NCBI GenBank assembly: GCA_038214755.1
Contig: JBBQRQ010000042.1
Coordinates: 1-41,256, forward strand
Direction of reading: 5' to 3'
DNA: 41,256 nucleotides
Origin: Verrucomicrobiota bacterium
GTDB lineage: Bacteria; Verrucomicrobiota; Verrucomicrobiia; Limisphaerales; CANJXF01
Position numbers and translations under genes: made by a program. A model generated the notes under the pieces. The model did no database searches. It was given only the letters and a program-made list of their open reading frames with translations, and was not told the origin of the DNA. Shown piece by piece: positions 1 to 10,708 of this stretch (the stretch's first letter is position 1; the number at the start of each line of letters is the position of its first letter).

Positions 1-918
1 GTTGGTCATGGTGTTATTTTTATAAAGATCGTAATAAGTGGCGACCATTCCTTCGCCCTGCACTTTGGCCAGATATTGTTGGGCGTTGCGATTGAGGCGG
101 CCGTCGGCGCTGACGAGCATTCTCTTGGCGTCGTCGATGAACGAAGGGTCATTATAAAGTTCCAGAACTCCGTAGAGATAACCTTCGGCTTGTTCGTCGA
201 GACGATTGGGGCTGTTGATCGCGATGGGATTGCGCAACAAATCTTTCGCGGCAGTTAACGCGGTCTCGCGATATTTTCCGGGAGCTATTTCTTCCAAAGC
301 GCGAGTGAGATATGCGACTTCAACGGCGCGACCGGATGTGCCGAGAACGTCGGCCATGAGTTTTTCCGCGGCGTCGCCGCCAATATCTTTTAACACGTCA
401 AAGAGACCAATGCGCAATGAAGGCGGGAGCGAAAATTCTGTAGGCGGAGTGTTGCGCTGCCAGGGTGGCGTCCAGTTGCGGCGGTCCCCATTGTCCGAGC
501 GGTCGGTGCGTTCGATGGAATAATCGAGGTCAGAGTTTTTGGCGAGGAAATCGCGGATGTCAGGAACCGCTTCGCTTTTCAATTCAGCGAGGTCTTCCAG
601 TTCATGCACGATTTTGCGGATGGTAAAAATTCTTGTCGCTCCGGCCGGTTGGAGCTTGAGCAGGTTCTCCAGAATTTCTTTAGCGGAACGTTTGGTGGGA
701 ACGGCCACCGGGATTTCGGTGGTGACCTGTTCGACTTTGTTTTTTTTATTTTTGGCGATGGCGATCTGGCTTTCCAGCTTCGCGCGTTCGGTTTGCCACT
801 GCGCTTCCAACTTCGCGCGCTCATTTTTCAAGGCCGCTTCGTTGCGATTGGAGACGATGGCAAAGGCCGCGGCGAAACCGATGCTGCCGGCGATCAGGAT
901 GGTTAGAAAAATTTTCAT
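1..918 (-). CDS. Hypothetical membrane-anchored/exported protein, runs off the window start
   Basis: ATG at 918-916 opens MKIFLTILIAGSIGFAAAFAIVSNRNEAALKNERAKLEAQW... (hydrophobic N-terminus then coiled coil). No stop before position 1, so it is absent from the ORF track. Confidence 0.75.
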   Translation of the reverse strand, partial: MKIFLTILIAGSIGFAAAFAIVSNRNEAALKNERAKLEAQWQTERAKLESQIAIAKNKKNKVEQVTTEIPVAVPTKRSAKEILENLLKLQPAGATRIFTIRKIVHELEDLAELKSEAVPDIRDFLAKNSDLDYSIERTDRSDNGDRRNWTPPWQRNTPPTEFSLPPSLRIGLFDVLKDIGGDAAEKLMADVLGTSGRAVEVAYLTRALEEIAPGKYRETALTAAKDLLRNPIAINSPNRLDEQAEGYLYGVLELYNDPSFIDDAKRMLVSADGRLNRNAQQYLAKVQGEGMVATYYDLYKNNTMTN

Positions 919-969
919 AGAAGTTCCTCAGTGAAGTTGAGAGAGGACCGTATCGGTCCGACCGCGAAA

Positions 970-998
970 AACGTAAACACTTTTTTGGGAGGCGGCAA
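970..998 (-). promoter_or_regulatory. Putative sigma70 promoter for the 918 ORF
   Basis: Minus strand reads TTGCCG-N17-TACGTT about 50 nt upstream of the ATG. Confidence 0.45.
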
Positions 999-1053
999 GT
1001 CTATCCTTTTTCCGCGGATTACCCTTGGGCGCATCTTGACACAACCACCAAAA

Positions 1054-1148
1054 TAGTGGGGCAGACATCTTGTCTGCCATCGGGGCTTCCAGCCCCAGGT
1101 TTCGCGGGCAAGATGCCCGCTCAGACAGGCTGGAAGCCTGCCCCACTA
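1054..1148. repeat. REP/REPIN-like palindromic element overlapping the nuoK stop codon
   Basis: Terminal inverted repeat tagtggggcag...ctgccccacta with internal hairpins (ggcagacatcttgtctgcc, ggggcttccagcccc, gcgggcaagatgcccgc, caggctggaagcctg). Confidence 0.75.
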
Positions 1149-1457
1149 TCCTTTGAGCGAATCCATTGTTTCCAGGCGCGTCGTTTTGTAATGGCGATAA
1201 ATGGCGATGATCAGTGCGAGTCCAACCGCCACTTCGGCGGCGGCGATGGCGATGGAAAAAATGACGAACATGATGCCGGTGAGCATTTCGGGATTTTCGC
1301 TGTAACGCCAGAAGGCGATGAAATTCAGGTTCGCGGCGTTGAGCATCAGTTCGACGCCGATGAGGACGAGAATGGCGTTGCGGCGAGTCAACGCGCCGGC
1401 CAGTCCGATGCTGAAGAGTAACGCTGAGAAAATTAAATAGTAATGCAGTGGAATCAT
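1146..1457 (-). CDS. nuoK: NADH-quinone oxidoreductase subunit K
   Basis: MIPLHYYLIFSALLFSIGLAGALTRRNAILVLIGVELMLNAANLNF...IAAAEVAVGLALIIAIYR. Start taken as ATG 1457, overlapping the nuoJ stop; the ORF-track extension is spurious. Confidence 0.95.
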   Translation of the reverse strand: MIPLHYYLIFSALLFSIGLAGALTRRNAILVLIGVELMLNAANLNFIAFWRYSENPEMLTGIMFVIFSIAIAAAEVAVGLALIIAIYRHYKTTRLETMDSLKG

Positions 1458-2044
1458 ATTCCTTTGCTCGTAGCCGCCGACGTGGGGAGGCGGTCTGACT
1501 TTTTTTCCTCGTCGCGAAGATTTAAATCCGACCGCCTCCTCACGTCGTCGGCTACGGGATCGCGCATCGCAATGATGACGGCGCCGATCATGGCGGCGGT
1601 GAGGAGCAGCGCGACGATTTCCAAAGGAAGGACGTAATTCGTCATCAACTGTTCGCCGATTTTTTTTACGGTTGCGTCGGGCGCAGGCGGAAGTTTGCGG
1701 GCGAGTCCGGCGCTTTTCAAAACGGCAAACCCCAACGTTCCTGAAACCAGAATCGCGACGATAATTCCAACGATCCACGAGGGCGATGCGATTGAGGTGT
1801 TGGCTTGTGTCTCGCTGTTTCGCGTCAGCAACACTGCGAACAAAATCAGGATCGCGACTGCGCCGACGTAAATGAGGATTTGCGCGAAGCCGACGAATTG
1901 CGCGTTCAATTGGAGATACATCGCGGCAAGCCCGGCGAAGGTCAGCACGGTGCAGAGCGCGCAATGGACGAGATTGCGGAGGCTCATCGCGGCGATGGCG
2001 CTGGCCAGCGTGAAGGTGGCGATAATTAAAAAAGCGATTTCCAT
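1454..2044 (-). CDS. nuoJ: NADH-quinone oxidoreductase subunit J
   Basis: Five hydrophobic segments; QILIYVGAVAILILFAVLL and YVLPLEIVALLLTAAMIGAVIIA motifs. Confidence 0.93.
   Translation of the reverse strand: MEIAFLIIATFTLASAIAAMSLRNLVHCALCTVLTFAGLAAMYLQLNAQFVGFAQILIYVGAVAILILFAVLLTRNSETQANTSIASPSWIVGIIVAILVSGTLGFAVLKSAGLARKLPPAPDATVKKIGEQLMTNYVLPLEIVALLLTAAMIGAVIIAMRDPVADDVRRRSDLNLRDEEKKSDRLPTSAATSKGI
1469..1556. repeat. GTAG-type REP doublet inside the nuoJ 3' end
   Basis: cgtagccgccgacgtggggaggcggtc (1469-1495) inverted against gaccgcctcctcacgtcgtcggctacg (1530-1556). Confidence 0.8.
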
Positions 2045-2046
2045 TT

Positions 2047-3240
2047 TTAATTTTCGGCAAATTTATAAATGCGTTTCGTTCGTTGCGTTTCGGCAACGCC
2101 ACGTCCGAGCCAGGCATAGGCAAGGGCAAGAATGACGGCGCAGAAAATCCATCGTAAAGCGAGCGCTCCGGGCATGTGCAGATTTTTCGAGAAATGCCAG
2201 AGCGCGGCAACCACGATGTTAATCAGCGCGAGCGGCAGCAGAAATTTCCATGCGAAATTCATCAGTTGATCGAGGCGCAATCGCGGCAACGTTCCGCGCA
2301 TCCAGATGAACGTAAGAATTAGCGCGAGCAACTTCAAAAAAAACCAAATGTAAGAGGGAATGAACTGTAGAAATGGAAAGGGCGCATTCCAGCCGCCGAG
2401 GAAAAGTGTGACGGCGAGTCCGCTGATCGCGAACATTCCCCAGTATTCGCCCATGAAAAAAAGCGCGTATTTGAAACCGGAATATTCGGTGAGGTAGCCG
2501 GCGATGATTTCGGATTCGGCCTCCGGCAAATCGAATGGCGCGCGATTGGATTCCGCCGTCGCCGCGATCATGAACAAAACAAATCCGGCAAAACCCCACG
2601 GCGTGAAAATGTGCCAGCGCGGAAACCAGCCGAAAACAAAACCGGATTGCGCTTCGACAATTTTCACGAGTGACAACGAACCGACGATCATGATCACGGG
2701 AATGGTCGAAAGGACGAGTGGCACTTCGTAGCTGATCATTTGTGCAATGCCGCGCATCGCGCCGATGAGCGAATATTTGTTGCGACTCGACCAACCGGCC
2801 ATGAAAACGGAAAGTTCAGTGGACGCGCCGACCGCGAAGAAAAATAAAAGTCCCGCATCGAACTCGACGGGAACCATGTTTCGACCGTATGGCAAAACGG
2901 CCAGCGCGAGCGCGACCGGCACAATCAAAGCCAGCGGCGCGAGGAAATGAACAATTTTGTCAGCGTCCCGGGGAACGATGTCTTCCTTGGTCAGCATTTT
3001 TATTCCATCAGCGGCGGGTTGGAGAAAACCGAATGGGCCAACGCGATTGGGTCCCAAACGATTTTGTATTCGGCCGAGAATTTTGCGTTCGAGAATGGTG
3101 GTGATGGCGAAGAGGGTGGCGAAGACACCAAGAATTCCCGCTATGACTAATACGACGGATGCGACGGGTTGAAGTTTTTCCGGCAAGAAAGAAAGCAGCC
3201 ATTGTTTGCCATTCACAAAAATTTGGTCGAGAGATTCCAT
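2047..3240 (-). CDS. nuoH: NADH-quinone oxidoreductase subunit H
   Basis: ERKILGRIQNRLGPNRVGPFGFLQPAADGIKMLTKED, AESNRAPFDLPEAESE, RGTLPRLRLDQLM motifs. Confidence 0.97.
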   Translation of the reverse strand: MESLDQIFVNGKQWLLSFLPEKLQPVASVVLVIAGILGVFATLFAITTILERKILGRIQNRLGPNRVGPFGFLQPAADGIKMLTKEDIVPRDADKIVHFLAPLALIVPVALALAVLPYGRNMVPVEFDAGLLFFFAVGASTELSVFMAGWSSRNKYSLIGAMRGIAQMISYEVPLVLSTIPVIMIVGSLSLVKIVEAQSGFVFGWFPRWHIFTPWGFAGFVLFMIAATAESNRAPFDLPEAESEIIAGYLTEYSGFKYALFFMGEYWGMFAISGLAVTLFLGGWNAPFPFLQFIPSYIWFFLKLLALILTFIWMRGTLPRLRLDQLMNFAWKFLLPLALINIVVAALWHFSKNLHMPGALALRWIFCAVILALAYAWLGRGVAETQRTKRIYKFAEN

Positions 3241-3824
3241 CACGCAGGTTTGATTGGCTCCGGCGACGCGGCTTTTTGAGAAGCAGCGGCTTTGGCCTCA
3301 GCTTTCTTTTTTTCTTCCGTTAATTTGGCGTCGCTTTGCGCAGCGTCGGTGGGATGAAGTTGTTGATAATAACTATTGGGTTTTGCCAGTTCGGATTTTT
3401 TCAAAAGCAAATTGTCGAATCGGTCAGTCGTGCTCAGTTCAAAAACCTGATCCATTTTGATCGCCTCGAACGGACAAACCTCGACGCAAATCTGGCAACT
3501 CATGCAGACGGAAATATCGATGTCGAATGTCTTCGGCTGGATTTGCATTTTGCCCGTGTGGTCGGGTTTTTTCACCGCGTCCTTGATGATGTAGATGCAT
3601 TGCGGCGGACATTCCTTTTCGCAAATCTGGCAGGCGACGCAACGCAAGCCGGCGTTCGGATCGTGGCCGTCGAAAACGAGGAACGGAAAATTGCGGCCAT
3701 TTTCTTTCGGCGGAAGTTTTTCCTCCGGATATTGCACGGTGGTGAGCCGTTCGGAATCGTGATAACTGCCGACGAAATTTCGCGCCGTCTCGACCATTCC
3801 TTTGATGATGCCGGTGCCTAACAT
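3240..3824 (-). CDS. nuoI: NADH-quinone oxidoreductase subunit I (2x[4Fe-4S])
   Basis: TVQYPEE, CVACQICEKECP and CMSCQICVEVCP. Start probably ATG 3824 (ORF track extends to 3857). Confidence 0.9.
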   Translation of the reverse strand: MLGTGIIKGMVETARNFVGSYHDSERLTTVQYPEEKLPPKENGRNFPFLVFDGHDPNAGLRCVACQICEKECPPQCIYIIKDAVKKPDHTGKMQIQPKTFDIDISVCMSCQICVEVCPFEAIKMDQVFELSTTDRFDNLLLKKSELAKPNSYYQQLHPTDAAQSDAKLTEEKKKAEAKAAASQKAASPEPIKPA

Positions 3825-3868
3825 TTTTAAATTCGATGTTGGATGTTCATTGTTCAATCTTCACCAAG

Positions 3869-4282
3869 TTAAGCAGGAGCGTAGGGACGATGTGCCGGAG
3901 CGAGCAGTTCCCCAGCTTTCTTATCCTTGTTCGCCTCAGACCAAAAAACTGATAAACTCTTTTTCGGAACAACCTCGTTTTTGGCCATTCCTCTGTGGAC
4001 GGTGGAATAGATTTCCGAGCCATCGCCGATTTCGTTTTCCAAAATCAAATCCAGATCGGCTAAACCGAGGAACTCCCAGCAAACGTTTTTACCTTTTGAA
4101 TTAAGGTAGGAATGCGTTTCTGTTTTTCCAAAAGCGATGGCCTTTTTGTATGCGTCATTGTGATTAGTTGCCTTTACCAATTTAATCTGACGATCGTACA
4201 GCGGACGCTTCTTTTTCCGCTTATCCACGGTGACTTGAACAATCAATACGGCGACATACCATCGTTTAATTGAATTTTTCAT
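3869..4282 (-). CDS. DUF4288-like hypothetical protein
   Basis: WYVAVLI...[20 protein letters not shown]...[21 protein letters not shown]...DGSEIYS pattern; AT-richer than the nuo genes; overlaps the nuoD stop. Confidence 0.7.
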   Translation of the reverse strand: MKNSIKRWYVAVLIVQVTVDKRKKKRPLYDRQIKLVKATNHNDAYKKAIAFGKTETHSYLNSKGKNVCWEFLGLADLDLILENEIGDGSEIYSTVHRGMAKNEVVPKKSLSVFWSEANKDKKAGELLAPAHRPYAPA

Positions 4283-5457
4283 CGGTCAACTTCTCCAAGA
4301 ACAATATCCACACTGCCCAAAATAACCACGGCGTCAGCAATCGTTTGGCCGAGGCACATGTCTTCCAAAATTGTCAGATTGATCAGGCTCGGCGGACGGA
4401 CGCGATAGCGATACGGATTGGGCGAACCGTCGCTGATTAAATAAAAACCAAGCTCGCCTTTCGGTCCTTCGATGCGCGCATAGGCTTCACCCGGCTTTGG
4501 GCGAAAGCCGCGCAACTTCGCTTTCGGATCGATGATTGGTCCGGCGGGAATTTGTGCGAGTGCTTGTTCCAAAATTTTCAACGACTCGCGCATTTCGAGG
4601 ACGCGCATCATGTAGCGATCATAAACATCGCCATGTTCGCCGAGTGGCACGCGGAAATTAAAGCGATCGTAGATTCCGTATTTGTCCACTTTGCGGATGT
4701 CATAATTCACGCCGCACGCCCGAAGCATCGGCCCGGTGACGCTGGCGTTGATGGCGAGTTCTTTTTTCAAAACGCCAACGCCTTGCGTGCGTGCGAGGAG
4801 GATTTCGTTTTCGCTAAGGAGCACTTCAAATTCGTCGAGGAATTGTGGAAAGCTCGCGACAACTTTCTTTGCTTCCTCAATCCATCCGTTCGGCAACTCG
4901 CAGCGACAGCCGCCGAAACGCATGTAATTGCACATCATGCGCGAGCCGCTGAGTGATTCAAAAAGATCGAGAATTTTTTCGCGCTCGCGAAACGCATACA
5001 TGAGCGGCGTGCCCATCGCGCCCATGTCCTGCAAAAGAAAACCGATCAGACTGCAATGATTCTGCAAACGCGTGAGTTCGGCAGTGATGACACGAATATA
5101 TTCGGCGCGTTCGGGAACCTGCAGCCCTGCCAGTCGCTCGACCGAAAGCGCGTAGGCCCAATTATTCGTCATCGAGCAAAGATAATCGAGTCGGTCGGTG
5201 TAAGGAACAGAGCCAAGGTAACTCGTGTTCTCTGCAATTTTTTCGTGGTTGCGATGGAGATAGCCGAACACCGGTTTGAGTTTTACGACGGTTTCGCCGT
5301 CAAGCGAAACGTCCATGCGAAAAACCCCGTGCGTGGAGGGATGTTGCGGGCCCATTGCGACTTCGAGAACCGTGCCGTCGATTTCGCTGTCGACTGCGGT
5401 TGATTTTGGCAGCAACTGATAATTCTTCCTTCGGGAGCCTTCCTGGGCAGTAGTCAT
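4279..5457 (-). CDS. nuoD: NADH-quinone oxidoreductase subunit D
   Basis: [36 protein letters not shown]-terminal [12 protein letters not shown]. Confidence 0.97.
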   Translation of the reverse strand: MTTAQEGSRRKNYQLLPKSTAVDSEIDGTVLEVAMGPQHPSTHGVFRMDVSLDGETVVKLKPVFGYLHRNHEKIAENTSYLGSVPYTDRLDYLCSMTNNWAYALSVERLAGLQVPERAEYIRVITAELTRLQNHCSLIGFLLQDMGAMGTPLMYAFREREKILDLFESLSGSRMMCNYMRFGGCRCELPNGWIEEAKKVVASFPQFLDEFEVLLSENEILLARTQGVGVLKKELAINASVTGPMLRACGVNYDIRKVDKYGIYDRFNFRVPLGEHGDVYDRYMMRVLEMRESLKILEQALAQIPAGPIIDPKAKLRGFRPKPGEAYARIEGPKGELGFYLISDGSPNPYRYRVRPPSLINLTILEDMCLGQTIADAVVILGSVDIVLGEVDR

Positions 5458-5720
5458 ACTGTTGGCTTCCAGCCGAGAGGCAACTTGATGTAAATCCCGC
5501 GTTCTTCTTCCTCTCTTCGTTTATCCAGTCGAGTGCGCAGTTCCTGTTCAACCATTTCCTCGGAAAGTTCTGGCCTCTCTTTGCGAATCGCCGCTTTCAT
5601 CTGTTCACATTCTTCTTCGAACAAACGTGGCCCCTCCAAGAATTTTTCTTCAGGTGTCATCGCGCGCGCTCGAAGGACGCGCTGTTTGTATTCTTCGCTG
5701 TTATCTGGTTCCCATTTCAT
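5454..5720 (-). CDS. Small charged helical hypothetical protein
   Basis: 88-aa ORF with ATGA overlaps to both nuoC and nuoD ([11 protein letters not shown]...[21 protein letters not shown]). Confidence 0.7.
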   Translation of the reverse strand: MKWEPDNSEEYKQRVLRARAMTPEEKFLEGPRLFEEECEQMKAAIRKERPELSEEMVEQELRTRLDKRREEEERGIYIKLPLGWKPTV

Positions 5721-6358
5721 AGCTTTACCTCCTCTGGAATTGGATAATGCTGTTTCGCTTTTTCCAAAACTTCGGCGTGCGGCGTCGGTTCGTATTCGTA
5801 ATCGTCAGGATCGACGTAATCTTTGCGCATCGGATGATCTTGAAATTCATCCCACATCAAAATGCGGCGCAAATCGGGATGGCCGTCGAAAATAATTCCG
5901 TAGAGATCGAAAATTTCGCGCTCTTGAAATTCGCAACCGCGCCAAATCGGCGTGAGCGAGGGCAGATGATTTTTGTCAGAACGATTTTCCGTGCGCAGTC
6001 GCAGAATCAACGGGCCGTGTTTCAGCGCCATTGAGTAAAGATGATAAACGGCTTCGAGATAACCGGGCGTTTTCGTTTCAATTGTTTCTTCGTTTTCCTG
6101 CTCCACACCATCGACGATTTTTTTCACCTTCACTTTTTCCTGAACAACTTTGTCGAGCCAATCAATGCCCGTGACATTTGAAGCATAATCAAATTGGAGG
6201 TGCGAATCTTCGCGCAGAAATTTTGCGACCGCGAAGGCGTGTTCATTATCGACCAACAACGAAGGCTGATTGGCCGCGCTGCCGTTGGAAATAATTTCCG
6301 AACGCGCGCCGGAGACTGCTGCGTCGATTCGAGTTTTGATTTCTTCGAGTGATTGCAC
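5717..6358 (-). CDS. nuoC: NADH-quinone oxidoreductase subunit C
   Basis: FDYASNVTGIDW, AVYHLYS, EREIFDLYGIIFDGHPDLRRILM, HPMRKDY. Likely GTG start at 6358. Confidence 0.93.
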   Translation of the reverse strand: MQSLEEIKTRIDAAVSGARSEIISNGSAANQPSLLVDNEHAFAVAKFLREDSHLQFDYASNVTGIDWLDKVVQEKVKVKKIVDGVEQENEETIETKTPGYLEAVYHLYSMALKHGPLILRLRTENRSDKNHLPSLTPIWRGCEFQEREIFDLYGIIFDGHPDLRRILMWDEFQDHPMRKDYVDPDDYEYEPTPHAEVLEKAKQHYPIPEEVKL

Positions 6359-6438
6359 AAAAAACTTTCGCCGGTTCAACTGAGAATTAGCGTCAGCACT
6401 TTGCCGCAATGAAACGTTTTTGCAAAGCTTCCCCGTAA

Positions 6439-6509
6439 CGGAGCGCCGGTTTGCAACCGGCTTGGCTTCGGCGCAGTAGTTCAAAAGCCGGTTGCCAACC
6501 GGCGCTCCG
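6439..6509. repeat. REP doublet (GGAG-type)
   Basis: cggagcgccggtttgcaaccggctt inverted against aagccggttgccaaccggcgctccg. Confidence 0.75.
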
Positions 6510-6542
6510 ATGTGGTTGCGACTTCGCCGCCCTACCCCCGGT

Positions 6543-7589
6543 TTATTTATGGCGGGTCGCGCGTTCCTGGAGCCAGATGACATCCGGGTTATTCGGCGAA
6601 GGATAATTATCACGCACTGTTCCATCGCGAACCAGCGTCGGCATGGTGCGGTCATCTTTCCAGCGTTTGATTTCTGCATGGCCGTCAACAAATGACAACC
6701 CACCGGCACGATGATGATAACTGCCGGGCAGATCGTAAAAGCCCGTTCGTCCCGGCTGATCGGGCCAGCCTCGCATGTCGGTGACGAAGTTGCCCCAATC
6801 AATGCTGTCTTCGCGCATGTCCATCAGCAGCCAGGTGCGGGCGGGGCCGGGATCGTTCATCTCGGACAGGCGAAGAAAAACCCGCCACGTTTTCCCGCCG
6901 TAAGTGTTGTCATCGCCATCGGAATAACGACCGTCGTAACCACAAAAACCCCCGACCCACAAATTCATCGACATGCTGCGCACGCGCGGCACTCGCTGAC
7001 CGCCGACGATGACGGACGATGTATCCGCGGGGCAACGCCAGATTTGGAACGACTTCCCGCAATAAGGCCAGAGCAAACTGCGGCTGATATCAACTTCCGG
7101 ATCCCAGTTCGAACGATTGGCCGGGTTGAAGTCCAGATGTCCCAAGACCCACGAAAAATTATTTCCCGCCGGATGATTTGGGCTGTCGCTGGCAAAGGGC
7201 AACTCCTCGCGGTTATCGTCCACATACATTTTCCAAGCGAGCGTCAATTGGCGATGATTGGACATACATTGCAAACCGCGGGCCTTGAGTTTCCCTTTGT
7301 TGAGAGCTGGCAGAAGCAACGCCGCCAGGATTGCGATGATGGCAATGACGACCAGCAATTCAATCAAGGTAAACGCCGCGCGCAGATTGATGGTGGAATC
7401 TTCTGCCCCTCGCTTTTTGTTTGGGACGTGAAACGAATGCGCGAATGCGATGCAGGGCAGACATCCCTGTCTACCGGTTCGAGGGACTTTCCAGTCGCTC
7501 GTTGGAACACCATGAAGGCCGGAAAAAACTTTATCGCGCCCAGCCTCGCACCGGCGCGCCGTTCCAAAGGTGCGCGCGCGTTTTTTCAT
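6543..7589 (-). CDS. Prepilin-type N-terminal cleavage/methylation domain protein with H-X9-DG motif (DUF1559-like); start uncertain
   Basis: [25 protein letters not shown] and [15 protein letters not shown]. The upstream ORF extension crosses a REP remnant, so the true start is probably near 7430. Confidence 0.85.
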   Translation of the reverse strand: MKKRARTFGTARRCEAGRDKVFSGLHGVPTSDWKVPRTGRQGCLPCIAFAHSFHVPNKKRGAEDSTINLRAAFTLIELLVVIAIIAILAALLLPALNKGKLKARGLQCMSNHRQLTLAWKMYVDDNREELPFASDSPNHPAGNNFSWVLGHLDFNPANRSNWDPEVDISRSLLWPYCGKSFQIWRCPADTSSVIVGGQRVPRVRSMSMNLWVGGFCGYDGRYSDGDDNTYGGKTWRVFLRLSEMNDPGPARTWLLMDMREDSIDWGNFVTDMRGWPDQPGRTGFYDLPGSYHHRAGGLSFVDGHAEIKRWKDDRTMPTLVRDGTVRDNYPSPNNPDVIWLQERATRHK

Positions 7590-7677
7590 CCCGCGAGTGA
7601 ATCAAAAATCAAGGGACAAGACAATGGAATAGACTGGTTGGTTCCGCAGCGGGGCGCGTCGGAATTTCTTGCAAAAT

Positions 7678-7754
7678 AACGGAACGCCGATCTCCTGATC
7701 GGCTCGTCAAAATGCAGAGCGTTCCAATGCCGATCAGGAGAGCGGCGTTCCGTT
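7678..7754. repeat. REP doublet
   Basis: aacggaacgccgatctcctgatcggc inverted against gccgatcaggagagcggcgttccgtt. A further REP remnant (gggcagacatccctgtctacc) lies near 7455. Confidence 0.7.
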
Positions 7755-7818
7755 GCCACTCTTTTTCCCGAAGACAAAACTGGTCCGCTCCGATGAGTTT
7801 GCGCGCAGGCGGGAGAAT

Positions 7819-8436
7819 TTATGCGTCTCTCGTCATTTTCGGCGGTTGCCAGACATCTGAATTTTTCGACGGCTCCAAATCGTGCGGGCCGAATTCAGGA
7901 ACGGGAAATTCACTCGGCGCATTCGGATCGAGATGACGCGGTTTGTCTGGGCCGGTCAAAGTTTGTGACTCGATTTTCTTCTGCAACGTCATCAGCGCAT
8001 GAAGCAACGCTTCGGGTCGCGGCGGGCAACCGGGAATGTGAACGTCCACGGGTATGTAACGATCAATTCCTTTCAGCACGTTGTAGCCTTGCTTGAACGG
8101 CCCGCCGGAAATCGCGCACGCGCCCATCGCGATGACATATTTCGGTTCGGGCATTTGGTTGTAGAGACGGACGACTTGCGGCGCCATTTTTTTTGTGACG
8201 GTTCCCGCAACAATCATTAAGTCAGCTTGCCTCGGCGATGGACGAAAAACTTCCGCGCCAAATCGAGCAATGTCGAAACGCGCCATCGAAGCGGCGATCA
8301 TTTCAATCGCACAACAGGCGAGACCGAATTGCAGCGGCCAGACAGAATTTTTTCGCCCCCAGTTGTAGAGGTCTTGCAAGGACGTGGTGAACACGCCTTG
8401 CTTGCTCAGTTCGTTTTTAAGTCCTTCGTCGATCAT
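7819..8436 (-). CDS. nuoB: NADH-quinone oxidoreductase subunit B
   Basis: [46 protein letters not shown]. Confidence 0.97.
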   Translation of the reverse strand: MIDEGLKNELSKQGVFTTSLQDLYNWGRKNSVWPLQFGLACCAIEMIAASMARFDIARFGAEVFRPSPRQADLMIVAGTVTKKMAPQVVRLYNQMPEPKYVIAMGACAISGGPFKQGYNVLKGIDRYIPVDVHIPGCPPRPEALLHALMTLQKKIESQTLTGPDKPRHLDPNAPSEFPVPEFGPHDLEPSKNSDVWQPPKMTRDA

Positions 8437-8440
8437 TTTA

Positions 8441-8518
8441 AATCGTTGAGTCGTTGAATCGTTGAACCGGCAGTTAATCTATTTTGCGTTTCCGATTCAA
8501 CGATTCACGATTCAACGC
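8441..8518. repeat. Inverted octamer microsatellite between nuoA and nuoB
   Basis: aatcgttg agtcgttg aatcgttg ... gattcaac gattcac gattcaacg; the two arms are reverse complements. Confidence 0.7.
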
Positions 8519-8520
8519 CA

Positions 8521-8889
8521 TCACTTCCACGTCAGAACTCCTTTGGCCCAAGCCCACGCCAAACCTTCCACCAACAACAAAAGAAAAATTATTATCGCGA
8601 CGAAACCGCCAATTGAAAGTCCTTTGAACGCGACCGCGAAGGGAAGCAGGAAAATCGTTTCCACGTCGAAGATTAGAAAAATAATTCCGTAGAGATAATA
8701 TTGTGATTTGAACTGGACCCACTCGGCCGGTTTGGATTCAAGGCCGCATTCGTAAATTGCGTTTTTATCTTTGCCGGGTTTACGTGGAGAATATTTTTTC
8801 GCCCAGAGCCACGCCAGTCCCAGAGGAGTCAGAGCAAAAAGCAGAGTTGCCGCGATGAGCAGCATTAAAAACAAATACGACTTTTCCAT
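8521..8889 (-). CDS. nuoA: NADH-quinone oxidoreductase subunit A
   Basis: IYECG, YYLYGIIFLIFDVETIFLLPFAV, WAKGVLTW; ATG at 8889. Confidence 0.95.
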   Translation of the reverse strand: MEKSYLFLMLLIAATLLFALTPLGLAWLWAKKYSPRKPGKDKNAIYECGLESKPAEWVQFKSQYYLYGIIFLIFDVETIFLLPFAVAFKGLSIGGFVAIIIFLLLLVEGLAWAWAKGVLTWK

Positions 8890-9275
8890 AAATGGTTCGC
8901 TCGGGTTCTCGGCGCAATTGGCGTCGCCGACCTGCTCGCGCCCTCTGGATTGTCCGTAGTTCGCCGGGAACGGAAACGAAGTTGCCTGACGCATGGAGCT
9001 TTGAAAAGGTTTGAAAACAGAGGGAGACAAAAAACCTCTATTTTGAAGGAAATAACATTCTGCCGTTGGAAATTTTCCTTTTTCGCCCAGTCCCCATAAA
9101 GCCATCCCACGTTCTTGGCGCGACGCATGGGTTGCGCTAAACTGAACGATTGCAAAATGAGTAAAGGGTTCTCGCACGCCAGCCTATTTTTTCATTTTGT
9201 AAAATCATTCCGAAAAACAGATGCCAGATGTGAATTTTGCGGATAAACTTCGGTCGATCGCACCAATCATAAATC

Positions 9276-10007
<732 letters not shown>

Positions 10008-10012
10008 TTCTC

Positions 10013-10654
10013 ATGAAAAAAAGTTTGTTCGGCGTTTTATTCTTTGGCGTTCTTTGTTTCCACTTTGCTTCCTGCAAACCAAAGGAAGATCGCACTCAAT
10101 CCGAAGCCGGTTCCGCACTCGGCTCTGTCCTGGCCGAGGAAACTATCAGAATAGCCGGAGCCAGAAAAAATGTGGTGATCATCTCGCAGCAGAGCGGCAA
10201 AGGAACCATGTCGTCAGCGGAAACCGAATTTAGAAACTCCTTGAAAAAAAATGGGCTGACGATTGCCACTACTCTGTCGCCTGATTTGGGAAACGCGATG
10301 CGCTACGACGAATACGGTTTGCAGCCGCGCGATTTTGTCGAAGCACTGGAAAAATTTTCAGATGCAGGGGCGATTGTGTCATTCATCGGCGCGCCGATTT
10401 TCAAGGCTGCTCAATTGGGAAGTTTGCCGGCCGCCCGTCCGCCAGTTCTGGTGGTTGTGGTTGCTTCACTCGGAGAAGTTCCGGGTGTCGCGGGCAACCG
10501 AACGATATTGCCGCAACTGCTCGACGCAAAAATAATTCAACTCGCCATCGTGGACGGTCCCGGTTCGCCAGCGACCAAGGCCAGTGACGATGCCCACAAA
10601 TTATTTTCGCAACATTTTCAAATCCTCCGGGCTTCTTCGCCGAGGGTGCCTTGA
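10013..10654 (+). CDS. Putative lipoprotein, copy 1
   Basis: MKKSLFGVLFFGVLCFHFASC with lipobox-like FASC; ATG 5 nt after the pilin stop; paralog at 16403. Confidence 0.8.
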   Translation: MKKSLFGVLFFGVLCFHFASCKPKEDRTQSEAGSALGSVLAEETIRIAGARKNVVIISQQSGKGTMSSAETEFRNSLKKNGLTIATTLSPDLGNAMRYDEYGLQPRDFVEALEKFSDAGAIVSFIGAPIFKAAQLGSLPAARPPVLVVVVASLGEVPGVAGNRTILPQLLDAKIIQLAIVDGPGSPATKASDDAHKLFSQHFQILRASSPRVP

Positions 10655-10708
10655 GCCTGCTTTTCCTGAGTGGCGACTTGCGCGTGGAGTAATTATAGAA
10701 CGTCGTAT

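Noticed and set aside
1146..9177. Long N-terminal extensions of nuoK (to 2210), nuoC (to 6802) and nuoA (to 9177) in the ORF track
   Set aside because: They overlap other genes, REPs or promoter DNA and have no family similarity; internal starts give normal subunit lengths.
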